32,000 bases of DNA from Candidatus Saccharimonadota bacterium (lineage in GTDB: Bacteria > Patescibacteriota > Gracilibacteria > UBA1369 > 2-02-FULL-48-14), in contig CP064962.1 in NCBI GenBank assembly GCA_016699145.1, positions 540,001-572,000 of the forward strand, in the 5' to 3' direction. The translations under genes were made by a program, and so were the position numbers. Within the stretch, counting starts at the first letter, position 1; each line of letters begins with the position of its first letter. The notes under the pieces were generated by a model. That model was not told the origin of the DNA. It was given only the letters and a program-made list of their open reading frames with translations, and did no database searches. Below, piece after piece: positions 8,973 through 17,491 of this stretch.

Positions 8973-9353
8973 ATGAAACCACTGGATCTCCTGCTAAATC
9001 GTTTCACTCAAAAACGCATTCAAATCGAAGGTGATCATGTGGAATACGAAGATATATCAAGAAATCTGAGTCTAAATTTAAACGAAGTGACTCACATGAA
9101 TTATGGAATTACCCAGCTATACATCAATGGAATAAGAATGAACCGATTCTATAACATTGATCTCCAAACGGCAGACCCAAAACGAAAGATAAAGATTATC
9201 ATGCAAGTCATTGCACCTTTTAAAAGATTCTACCAGAATACAGAAATCAAATTCCAAGAGATCATCAACCATCTAAAACCAACCGCCAAGCGCCTCGCAA
9301 ATGATGCTTTAAAAAATTGTCGAATGGAGAAACTTTGGAGCTTGCAAAGGTAA
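8973..9353 (+). CDS. Hypothetical protein (126 aa) in an AT-rich islet
   Basis: The ORF starts 6 nt after the serS stop. Its composition is clearly more AT-rich than the flanking housekeeping genes. No motif recognised. Confidence 0.45.
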   Translation: MKPLDLLLNRFTQKRIQIEGDHVEYEDISRNLSLNLNEVTHMNYGITQLYINGIRMNRFYNIDLQTADPKRKIKIIMQVIAPFKRFYQNTEIKFQEIINHLKPTAKRLANDALKNCRMEKLWSLQR

Positions 9354-9602
9354 CCATGAATCGTAAGGGTATAGAAATGACGAAAGGGGTTTTTAAAAAA
9401 AGAAAAGGCAATGATCCCATGGAAAGAATCGTATCTAGAGATCAACCTATTTAAATGACCCAGCTAATAAATTTAAAAAACAAATCAAAATACCCTATGT
9501 AATGGATGGCATTGTTTTACAATTTTTGCTGGAACATCTCTGGAATGAAGGGCGCACACTGGCTCTTGCCCGAGGTGAAAAAATAGCTCCAATCATTTAG
9601 TT

Positions 9603-9655
9603 TCAAGCCCACCTCACCGGCTCCAAGTCATTCCATTCCAAATATTCGTTCGTTT
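9603..9655. repeat. Direct repeat copy 1: orphan duplicate of the last 17 codons plus stop of ung
   Basis: tcaagcccacctcaccggctccaagtcattccattccaaatattcgttcgttt is identical (53/53) to 10789-10841. Confidence 0.95.
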
Positions 9656-9664
9656 CTTGAACTC

Positions 9665-10693
9665 CTATAGCCAAAGTATCATGCCATAACCAGCATTTCG
9701 AGTATCCGGAAATATATAGATCGAAAACACATAATTATGGTCAGGAGAAAATCCAACGGCAGGCGCCCATCTACTGCCAGATGTAGCCTCAGGATCTTTA
9801 AAGATTACACAACGCCATTCTCTCTGTGCAGGATAATCTGTAACTGGGCTCTGAACATAGTTACAACCCATTACCACCTGCGAAGCATCCACCTGAAATG
9901 AGAAGTCCCCAGGGCGAAGTTCTAGCACACGGAAATTAGATGCCTGTACCGCTTCAATAATTTCTTTAGCTGTTGCCCACTTTTCTCTAGGGTCAGCCGC
10001 AACACGCCGCATTGCGTCTGCATGAGGTAAAAGTACAAACTGACCTTCTGGAGTGACTATTACATTTGTAATATCTAAGTCTCGCTGTCTAATTGCTGGC
10101 TCACCATCATCTTCATAAACTCCAGCTAAACAAGGCCCCCCGGGCAGTGCAGCGGCCAACTTGAGCTTAGCAGCGTCATTTGCTAATAAATATTCTCGCA
10201 ATCGAGCTTCCAGTCCGTACTCACCTTCCCAAACTTGACCTGCTGTTTTATCCTCTCTGAGGGCAGCAGGATAGTATCCTGAATCATATCCTTCTGGCCT
10301 GCCTCCTCTTGTCATTACTACAATACCTCGATCAAAATCTTCCTTCATTTGCCCAATATAAGCCTCTAAAAGCTCACCAAGTCTTTCTGGTACTTGAGTG
10401 GTAATACAAGGTTTGATAAGCTCTCCCTTCGTAGAAATCGCTTCATCCTCACCTTTTTGCATCCCAGCAAGCACTTGACTTATTTGACCCTTAATCCTTT
10501 CCAATGAGAGTGTTCCAAAGTCAGCTGAAAAATTTAATGGTTTCCCCTCAATTCTCATCATTATTGCAGGGAGAAGTGCATCGAGTCTGTGCTCTCGGGT
10601 GAGAAGCTCGAGAAGCAAGGATTTGGCCTGCCCCTTATTCACAGGTATGGCATAGCGAAGTTCTTCAGATAAGAAAGATGGACGTAACTCCAT
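9665..10693 (-). CDS. Hypothetical protein, 342 aa, the sole cargo of the repeat-flanked cassette
   Basis: It is a long uninterrupted ORF with an ATG start, preceded by a consensus promoter. I recognise no catalytic or family motif, and specifically no Tyr/Ser recombinase, DDE or HUH signatures. Confidence 0.75.
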   Translation of the reverse strand: MELRPSFLSEELRYAIPVNKGQAKSLLLELLTREHRLDALLPAIMMRIEGKPLNFSADFGTLSLERIKGQISQVLAGMQKGEDEAISTKGELIKPCITTQVPERLGELLEAYIGQMKEDFDRGIVVMTRGGRPEGYDSGYYPAALREDKTAGQVWEGEYGLEARLREYLLANDAAKLKLAAALPGGPCLAGVYEDDGEPAIRQRDLDITNVIVTPEGQFVLLPHADAMRRVAADPREKWATAKEIIEAVQASNFRVLELRPGDFSFQVDASQVVMGCNYVQSPVTDYPAQREWRCVIFKDPEATSGSRWAPAVGFSPDHNYVFSIYIFPDTRNAGYGMILWL

Positions 10694-10724
10694 ACAGAAT
10701 TAATAAAAATAATAAAAAGAACGA

Positions 10725-10753
10725 ATCATATCCATTCTACTTAATTTTGTCAA
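10725..10753 (-). promoter_or_regulatory. Sigma-70-type promoter for the 342-aa ORF (TTGACA, 17-nt spacer, TATGAT)
   Basis: The minus strand reads ttgaca (10753-10748), a 17-nt spacer, then tatgat (10730-10725). This is about 32 nt upstream of the ATG at 10693. Confidence 0.55.
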
Positions 10754-10788
10754 AGGAACATGTTTATGCACAAAATAGAACCGCCTCC

Positions 10789-10841
10789 TCAAGCCCACCT
10801 CACCGGCTCCAAGTCATTCCATTCCAAATATTCGTTCGTTT
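10789..10841. repeat. Direct repeat copy 2: the functional 3' end of ung
   Basis: It is identical to 9603-9655 and encodes ..KTNEYLEWNDLEPVRWA* on the minus strand. Confidence 0.95.
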
Positions 10842-11454
10842 TGCTGAACGGTTTGGATCCAAAAAAACCGCTGTAGGCCGAAAAAGGGGATGGATGAGCC
10901 GCCTTCAAAATACAATGTTTTTCTGTGTCTATTTTCGCTCCTTTTTCTTGGGCATAACGGCCCCACAAAATAAAAACCAAATGCTCTTTTTCGCGCGACA
11001 AAACATCCACCACGGCATCTGTGAATTCCTCCCAACCCTTGTGCTGATGCGAACCCGCTTTGTGCGCTTCCACCGTGAGCGTGGCATTGAGCAGCAAAAC
11101 CCCCTGCTCAGCCCAGTCGTCTAGACATCCTTCCACGCGAAGTGCACCCCCCACATCTTCCTGAATTTCTTTAAAAATATTTTGCAAAGAAGGGGGCAGC
11201 GTCACCCCTGGATTCACCGAAAAACACAGCCCATTCGCCTGCCCGACTCCGTGGTATGGATCTTGCCCCAAAATCACGACCTTCACTTTTTCAAAAGGAC
11301 ACAATTCAAACGCCCGAAAAATATTCACAGGCGTAGGGAAAACTTTCTTCTGCCCGTACTGCGCACGCACAAAATCAGTCAATTTCACAAAGTAAGGCTT
11401 TTCAAACTCCTCAGCCAGCTGGGTTTTCCACGAGGGATGAATTTTAACGTCCAT
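10789..11454 (-). CDS. ung: Uracil-DNA glycosylase, family 1
   Basis: It carries the 'GQDPYHG' water-activating motif, 'GVLLLN', and the 'HPSPFS' Leu-loop region. At 221 aa it is the typical length. Confidence 0.95.
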   Translation of the reverse strand: MDVKIHPSWKTQLAEEFEKPYFVKLTDFVRAQYGQKKVFPTPVNIFRAFELCPFEKVKVVILGQDPYHGVGQANGLCFSVNPGVTLPPSLQNIFKEIQEDVGGALRVEGCLDDWAEQGVLLLNATLTVEAHKAGSHQHKGWEEFTDAVVDVLSREKEHLVFILWGRYAQEKGAKIDTEKHCILKAAHPSPFSAYSGFFGSKPFSKTNEYLEWNDLEPVRWA

Positions 11455-11556
11455 GCGCCAATTCTAACGAGTCCGGCTTGCTTATTCAAAGGTTCTTGCT
11501 CTTCCTTTTTTTTAAGATAGCCTCTAATATTTCCACCGTCCTTTCATTTTTCTTCC

Positions 11557-11955
11557 ATGAAAAAAATCCTCCGCATCGTTTTGAAAGTTTTTTTATGCCT
11601 CATTTTGGTCGCTCCCATTTTGGGAAGCCTGGGCATTTTCCCCGAACCCACCGCCGATCTCTACAACACGCCTGAAGCTTTCGCCTTCATCCAAACCTTG
11701 ATGGATGCAAAATACATCCCACTTCTCAATACTTTGATTTTCGCCCTCGCCATTGTGCTCACCTTCATGAACCGCATGGCTTTGGTCGCTCTGCTCATCC
11801 TCCCCATCACCGTGAACATCGTGGCCTTTCACTGGGTGCTCGACGGCGGTCCTTTCACAAGCGGAGCCATCATGGGCAATCTTTTGCTGCTCATCAACCT
11901 GTACTTTTTATGGGACAATCGAAAAAGCTATGGCGTCCTCTTGAAAAAATCCTAA
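11557..11955 (+). CDS. Small integral membrane protein (about 4 TM helices)
   Basis: It has a hydrophobic N-terminus 'MKKILRIVLKVFLCLILVAPILG' and three further hydrophobic stretches. It is divergent from ung. Family not recognised. Confidence 0.65.
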   Translation: MKKILRIVLKVFLCLILVAPILGSLGIFPEPTADLYNTPEAFAFIQTLMDAKYIPLLNTLIFALAIVLTFMNRMALVALLILPITVNIVAFHWVLDGGPFTSGAIMGNLLLLINLYFLWDNRKSYGVLLKKS

Positions 11956-11968
11956 ATCCCACGCCTTC

Positions 11969-12727
11969 GTGAGCAGCCTCCAAAAACAAAACGCCCCCCT
12001 TCGCGAACGACTGCACAAAGTCATCGCCGCCAGTGGACTCTGCTCTCGTCGTGAAGCCGAAGAACTCATCGCCAAAGGTCGTGTCCACGTGAATGGCAAA
12101 CGGATTCAAAAAATGGGCATCAAAGTCAGTCCTCTCGACAAAATTGAAGTGGACGGACGCGTCTTACCCGAAAAAGCCGCTCCCCTCACCCTTGCACTGC
12201 ACAAACCCGTGGGTCTCCTGACCTCCAAAAAAGATCCCTTCCACTCTGAAACAGTGATGGATCTTCTGCCCACTTCCTATCAACATTTGAACCCCATTGG
12301 CCGCCTCGACAAAGACAGCGAAGGCTTGCTCTTACTCACCTCTGACGGCGCTCTTTTGGAGCGCCTCACCCATCCTAAGTACGGCCATGTGAAGACCTAC
12401 GAAGTGCTGGTTCAGGGCGACGTCACCGACAAAGAAATCGAGCTGCTGCGCACCGGTCCCATCCACCTCGATGACTACTTGCTACGTCCCATGCAAGCTC
12501 GCATCCTGAGCCAAGAGGTGTCTCGCATGAGCGGCAAAACTTATACTTGGCTCGAAATGAAATTGGGGGAAGGCCGCAAACGCCAAATCCGTCGCGTGAT
12601 GGAAGGTCTCGGCTTCCCTGTACGACGACTCATTCGCACCGCCATTGGAAAAGTTCAGCTCGGCAAATTGAAACCAGGTAAAACACGTCCTTTAACAGAT
12701 GAGGAATTGCGTGACCTTTATTCTTAA
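11969..12727 (+). CDS. rRNA pseudouridine synthase, RsuA/RluB family, with an N-terminal S4 domain
   Basis: The S4 motif is 'RLHKVIAASGLCSRREAEELIAKGRVHVNG' and the catalytic-Asp motif is 'GRLDKDSEGLLLLTSDG'. It has a GTG start. Confidence 0.9.
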   Translation: MSSLQKQNAPLRERLHKVIAASGLCSRREAEELIAKGRVHVNGKRIQKMGIKVSPLDKIEVDGRVLPEKAAPLTLALHKPVGLLTSKKDPFHSETVMDLLPTSYQHLNPIGRLDKDSEGLLLLTSDGALLERLTHPKYGHVKTYEVLVQGDVTDKEIELLRTGPIHLDDYLLRPMQARILSQEVSRMSGKTYTWLEMKLGEGRKRQIRRVMEGLGFPVRRLIRTAIGKVQLGKLKPGKTRPLTDEELRDLYS

Positions 12728-12788
12728 AGTGGACAATACTGATTTTGGGTGATCTACAACATTTTTCAAAAAAATCCAGCTCATTTAT

Positions 12789-12816
12789 TCGACAGATGAG
12801 TCTTTCCTTATATAAT
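12789..12816 (+). promoter_or_regulatory. Sigma-70-type promoter upstream of rpoB (TCGACA, 16-nt spacer, TATAAT)
   Basis: tcgaca is at 12789-12794 and a perfect tataat at 12811-12816. This implies a leader of about 110 nt containing small hairpins (12827-12839 and 12874-12889). Confidence 0.5.
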
Positions 12817-12932
12817 TACGCGCGATAAGCCCTCGGCTTCGATTGTGTTGAGAGAGGGGGCACAGGTAAAACTCGCCGTGACGACGGCGTGCGTTTGCTT
12901 CTGCTTTACATCCTTAAAATCGTCTTCGGCCT

Positions 12933-15900
12933 ATGCCCAAAACCACTGCAAAGACAAAGACGTCCGCTTCAGCGTCCCCTACGGCGCTTGGACGTACTTC
13001 GACGAAGCCTTTGGAACGTGTCTACTTTGTGGACAACCAATGGAACGTCGAGCTCCCAGACCTTATTGAAATCCAAACGGATTCCTACAAATGGTTTCTA
13101 GGAGAAGGGATTCGCGAACTTCTCGATGAAATCTCCCCCATTTCCGACTTTTCCGGAAAGAAACTCGAGCTCCAATTCTTGGATCACTCTCTGGGTGAAT
13201 GCAAATACACGGCTGAACAATGCCGCCGCAAAAATCTCTCTTACGAAGCGCCTCTTAAAGTGCACGTTCAACTCATCAACAAAGAGAGCGGAGAAATCAA
13301 GGAGCAGGACGTATTTCTCGGCCCCATCCCTCTGATGACCGACAACGGTAGCTTCATTGTGAACGGAATCGAACGCGTGGTGGTTTCCCAAATCGTGCGC
13401 AGCCCCGGTGTGTTCTTCTCTAAAAACGCTGCTGCCCCTGGCATGCACAACGGAAAAATCATCCCTAAGCGCGGAGCTTGGCTTGAAATTGAAACTGACA
13501 AAAAAGGCATCATCACGGTGAAAATCGACCGCAAACGCAAAATCTACGTGACTTCTATGCTGCGTGTATTCGGATTCGACACCGATAAAAAAATTCTCGA
13601 CCTCTTCAAAAACGATGTGAAAGATCCCATCCACGATTACATGATGCTGACTCTTGAAAAAGATCCAGCCAAAACCATGGATGAAGCCTACAAAGCCATC
13701 TACAAAAAGATTCGTCCTGGAGATTTGGCCACGCCTGAAAATGCCAAGGCTCTCATCGAATCTTTGTTCTTCGACTACAAGAAGTACGACATGGGCTCTG
13801 TGGCTCGTTACAAAATCAACCGTCGTTTCGACCTCAAAACTCCGAACGAACGTAAATTCCACACCTTCCAAACCGACGATTTCATTCTGATTTTGAAGCA
13901 CCTCATCAAGCTCAATAACAAAGAAGCAGAGCCCGATGACATCGATCACCTTTCTAACCGCCGCATTCGCCCGGTGGGTGAACTCGTGCAAAACAAGTTC
14001 CGCGTGGGACTGCTTCGCACCGAGCGCATCGCCAAAGACCGTATGACCGTGATGGACCTCGAAACTGTGACTCCGACCCAACTCGTGAACTCTCGTCCAA
14101 TCACTGCCGCGCTTCGCGAATTCTTCGCAAGCTCTCAGCTTTCTCAATTCATGGATCAAACAAACCCTCTCGCCGAGCTCGAGCACAAACGCCGTCTCTC
14201 TGCGATGGGGCCTGGAGGTCTCTCTCGTGAACGTGCGTCTTTCGACGTTCGTGACGTACACCCTTCTCACTATGGAAGGATCTGTCCAATCGCAACCCCT
14301 GAAGGACCCAACATCGGTCTCGTGGTTCACCTAGCGACCCATGCGCGCCTCAACAAATACGGCTTCATTGAAATGCCGCTCCGCGAAGTGCTTCACAGTT
14401 TGAAGAACGATGGAAAAGCTGCCCTCGGACACACTCTGGCTGAAACCCTAGAGGGCATCAAAGCCGGTACCAAACTCGGAGAAAAAGAGGTGAAGGCACT
14501 CGCAAAATCCAAGGACCTCAAAGAAGTTCCCGTGACCGCAACTCTCGGAAACAAGATCTCTTACTTCGACGCCGAGGATGAACGTGAAATCATCTACGCT
14601 CAAGCCGGAACTCCCATCGCAGAAAATGGAGACCTCGAAGAAGACACTGCCGTTGCTCGCAAAAACGGAGAACCGATCCTCACCGACGAAAAAGAAGTGA
14701 CGCACATTGACATCTCCCAACAGCAGATCATTTCTGTGTCCACTTCCCTCATCCCTTTCTTGGAGCACGACGACAACACCCGTGCCTCCATGGGGTCCAA
14801 CATGCAACGTCAAGCCGTTCCTCTCTTGAAACCTCAAGCTCCCATTATAGGAACCGGTATGGAGGGTAGCGCCGGACGCAACTCTCAACAAGTGCTCGTG
14901 GCTGAAGACAGTGGAACCGTGTCTTATGTGGACGGATCTCGTATCGACATCATCTACGACTCTGGACGCAAAGCCAGCTACTCTCTCGATGTTTACCGCC
15001 GCACCAACCAAGGCACCTCCTTCCACCAACGCGCTCGCTGTGATGCGGGTCAAAAGGTGAAAAAAGGCGACATTTTAGCCGATGGGGCTTCCACCGAAAT
15101 GGGAGACATCGGTCTGGGACAAAACGTGCTCGTGGCCTACATTCCTTGGGAAGGTTACAACTTCGAAGATGCCGTTATTTTGTCCAGTCGCCTGGTCAAA
15201 GACGACCGTTTCAGCTCTGTCCACATTGAAGATTTCACCATCGACGTGCGCGACACCAAGCTGGGACCCGAAATCGTGACTCGCGACATCCCCAACGTGG
15301 GCGAGGCCCGCCTTAAGGATCTCGATGAAAATGGCATCATTCGCGTGGGCGCTTCTGTTCGTGAAGGAGACATCCTCGTGGGTAAAATCACCCCTAAAGG
15401 AGAAACCGAACTCACTCCTGAAGAGCGCCTGCTAAGAGCCATCTTCGGAGACAAAGCTCGCGACGTGAAGGACACTTCCCTGCGCCTCCCCGGTGGAGAA
15501 GGAGGAAAAGTGACCAGCGTGACCGTATTCTCTCGTGAAAAAGGCGACGAACTCGAAAACGGAGTCATTCAACAAATCCGTGTGTCTTTGGCTCAAACCC
15601 GTCGCATTCAAGTCGGGGACAAAGTCGCCGGACGTCACGGTAACAAAGGTGTGATCTCCATCATCGTTCCCGAAGAAGACATGCCCTTCATGCCCGATGG
15701 AACTCCCGTAGACGTGGTTTTGAACCCGCTCGGTGTGTCCAGCCGTATGAACATTGGACAAATTTTGGAAACCCACCTCGGTTGGGCCGCGAAGAAACTC
15801 GGACTCTACATGGCCACCCCTGCCTTGAACGGAATCACCAACGAACAAATCAAAGAGATGCTCATCAAGGCTGGCCTCCCTGAAAATGGAAAGATTCAGC

Positions 15901-16502
15901 TTTACGACGGAAAAACGGGTCAAGCGTTCGACCATGAATCCACAGTGGGCATCGCCTACATCCTCAAACTGGCTCACTTGGTTGAAGACAAGATTCACGC
16001 CCGCTCTGTCGGACCTTACTCACTCGTCACTCAACAGCCTCTCGGAGGTAAAGCTCAACACGGAGGACAGCGTTTTGGAGAAATGGAAGTGTGGGCTCTC
16101 GAAGCCTATGGCGCTTCCCACATTTTACAAGAAATGCTCACCATCAAGTCCGACGACGTGTACGGACGTGCCAAGGCCTACGAATCCATCATTAAGGGTG
16201 AAGCCATCCGTAAACCTCGCACTCCTGAATCTTTCAACGTTTTGGTCAAAGAATTGCAATCTCTGTGTCTCAACGTAGACCTCTTGCAAATCACCGAAGA
16301 TGAAGACGTGAACATAGAAGAAGAGTACGTAGAACCTGAAGAAGAAGTGATCGTGGCAGAAGCTCCTCACACCGAAATAAACGGCGAAGAAGTTGAAAGT
16401 TCCGTCGAAGATCTCTTGGAAGGCGACGAACTCGATGAAGAAGATGCCGAAATGATGGGCGAGAGTGAAAAAGAACCCGACTTCAATAAAGAAGAGGAAT
16501 AA
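12933..16502 (+). CDS. rpoB: DNA-directed RNA polymerase beta subunit
   Basis: Signatures include 'FMDQTNPLAELEHKRRLSAMGPGGL' (Rif region), 'GRHGNKGV' and 'NPLGVSSRMNIGQILE'. It is 1189 aa with an acidic C-terminal tail. Confidence 0.97.
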   Translation: MPKTTAKTKTSASASPTALGRTSTKPLERVYFVDNQWNVELPDLIEIQTDSYKWFLGEGIRELLDEISPISDFSGKKLELQFLDHSLGECKYTAEQCRRKNLSYEAPLKVHVQLINKESGEIKEQDVFLGPIPLMTDNGSFIVNGIERVVVSQIVRSPGVFFSKNAAAPGMHNGKIIPKRGAWLEIETDKKGIITVKIDRKRKIYVTSMLRVFGFDTDKKILDLFKNDVKDPIHDYMMLTLEKDPAKTMDEAYKAIYKKIRPGDLATPENAKALIESLFFDYKKYDMGSVARYKINRRFDLKTPNERKFHTFQTDDFILILKHLIKLNNKEAEPDDIDHLSNRRIRPVGELVQNKFRVGLLRTERIAKDRMTVMDLETVTPTQLVNSRPITAALREFFASSQLSQFMDQTNPLAELEHKRRLSAMGPGGLSRERASFDVRDVHPSHYGRICPIATPEGPNIGLVVHLATHARLNKYGFIEMPLREVLHSLKNDGKAALGHTLAETLEGIKAGTKLGEKEVKALAKSKDLKEVPVTATLGNKISYFDAEDEREIIYAQAGTPIAENGDLEEDTAVARKNGEPILTDEKEVTHIDISQQQIISVSTSLIPFLEHDDNTRASMGSNMQRQAVPLLKPQAPIIGTGMEGSAGRNSQQVLVAEDSGTVSYVDGSRIDIIYDSGRKASYSLDVYRRTNQGTSFHQRARCDAGQKVKKGDILADGASTEMGDIGLGQNVLVAYIPWEGYNFEDAVILSSRLVKDDRFSSVHIEDFTIDVRDTKLGPEIVTRDIPNVGEARLKDLDENGIIRVGASVREGDILVGKITPKGETELTPEERLLRAIFGDKARDVKDTSLRLPGGEGGKVTSVTVFSREKGDELENGVIQQIRVSLAQTRRIQVGDKVAGRHGNKGVISIIVPEEDMPFMPDGTPVDVVLNPLGVSSRMNIGQILETHLGWAAKKLGLYMATPALNGITNEQIKEMLIKAGLPENGKIQLYDGKTGQAFDHESTVGIAYILKLAHLVEDKIHARSVGPYSLVTQQPLGGKAQHGGQRFGEMEVWALEAYGASHILQEMLTIKSDDVYGRAKAYESIIKGEAIRKPRTPESFNVLVKELQSLCLNVDLLQITEDEDVNIEEEYVEPEEEVIVAEAPHTEINGEEVESSVEDLLEGDELDEEDAEMMGESEKEPDFNKEEE

Positions 16503-16537
16503 ATCGAATCTCAACATTGTTCTCTCAATTCCTAATT

Positions 16538-17482
16538 ATGGACACCTTACTTTGGTCCCTCATCCTCGTTGCCTCTCTCGCTGTTCTAGCGCAGTCCGCT
16601 AAGGTCTTCGCAGCAGCAGGTGCAGACACCGCCAAATCCCTCGGTTGGACTTCCCTTTTCATGGGAGTCACCGTGATGGCACTCGGAACTTCTGTTCCCG
16701 AACTCGCCACCTCACTGTGGGCCGCGGGCACTCAAAACACGAGCCTCGTGGGGGCCACCGTAGTGGGTTCCAATATTGCAAACGTACTCCTCATTTTGGG
16801 AGTCTGCGCGTTGCTCACCAAGGGCCTCAACCTTGGCAAGGAAGGCATGCAGCGTCAAGTCGGCCTGCTGCTCGTCTCCGCCTTTCTGCTCATGGTGACC
16901 CTCTACGACGGCCGCTTTGAATGGTTTGAAGGGATACTCATGCTCGGTTTCTACATCCTCTACAGCTTCTTCTCTATTGAAGAACATAAACAGGGCCGCC
17001 TGGAGGCATTGCAAAACTGGTTCACCGGACCAGAATTCAGCTCCAAACTGCTGGTTTTAACTCTCGGCTGCGGCCTCATAACGGTAGCAGCTTCCTACGG
17101 AGTGGTGCGCTCCATTGAAGAGCTCACTTCCATCACGAAGCTTCTTCCCAGCGTACTCAGCGCCAGCGTGCTGGCCCTGGGCACTTCTTTGCCTGAACTC
17201 AGCACGGCCTATTACGCCACTCGAAAAGGAAACACCGACCTTGCCGTAGGGACGGTGCTTGGATCTCTGGTCTTCAACGCGACCTTGGTCTTGGCCCTGC
17301 CTTCCTTCATTCAAACCCTCAATGTCCATCACGACACTCTGGTGCTAGGGCTCCCCTTCCTTCTCATTTCCACCTTGCTGCTGCTCTTTGCACTCACTCA
17401 AAAAAAACTCAGCACTTACGAAGGATGGGCTTATCTATTGCTTTACATCCTCTTCCTCTTTCAACTTTACACCTCCTTTTAA
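16538..17482 (+). CDS. CaCA-family (YrbG-like) cation/Ca2+ antiporter
   Basis: Two internal repeats carry the alpha-1 and alpha-2 signatures 'GTSVPELATS..GSNIANVLL' and 'GTSLPELSTA..GSLVFNATL'. The protein is hydrophobic throughout. The ATG at 16538 is preferred; the ORF-track TTG at 16517 is the alternative start. Confidence 0.88.
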   Translation: MDTLLWSLILVASLAVLAQSAKVFAAAGADTAKSLGWTSLFMGVTVMALGTSVPELATSLWAAGTQNTSLVGATVVGSNIANVLLILGVCALLTKGLNLGKEGMQRQVGLLLVSAFLLMVTLYDGRFEWFEGILMLGFYILYSFFSIEEHKQGRLEALQNWFTGPEFSSKLLVLTLGCGLITVAASYGVVRSIEELTSITKLLPSVLSASVLALGTSLPELSTAYYATRKGNTDLAVGTVLGSLVFNATLVLALPSFIQTLNVHHDTLVLGLPFLLISTLLLLFALTQKKLSTYEGWAYLLLYILFLFQLYTSF

Positions 17483-17491
17483 TCCTCTCTT

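Noticed and set aside
9603-9655. The orphan ung 3' fragment as a translated extension of the 342-aa ORF
   Set aside because: The 342-aa ORF stops at 9665-9667, and the ung-derived codons downstream are in a different frame.
10678-11520. Plus-strand ORFs 10678..11124 and 11182..11520
   Set aside because: They are antisense to ung, which is clearly real, and they have no motifs.
12845-13101. ORFs 12845..13069 and 12889..13101 upstream of and overlapping the rpoB start
   Set aside because: They lie in the rpoB leader and 5' end in other frames. The rpoB frame from ATG 12933 leads into the conserved 'IEIQTDSYKWFL' N-terminus.
14388-14570. An extra ~60-aa segment in RpoB (..SLKNDGKAALGHTLAETLEGIKAGTKLGEKEVKALAKSKDLKEV..) as a possible intein or mobile insertion
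   Set aside because: It has no intein junction residues or endonuclease motifs. It looks like an ordinary lineage-specific beta-subunit insertion. The acidic C-terminal tail of RpoB (16270-16499) is likewise seen in other bacteria, e.g. Bacillus-type RpoB.
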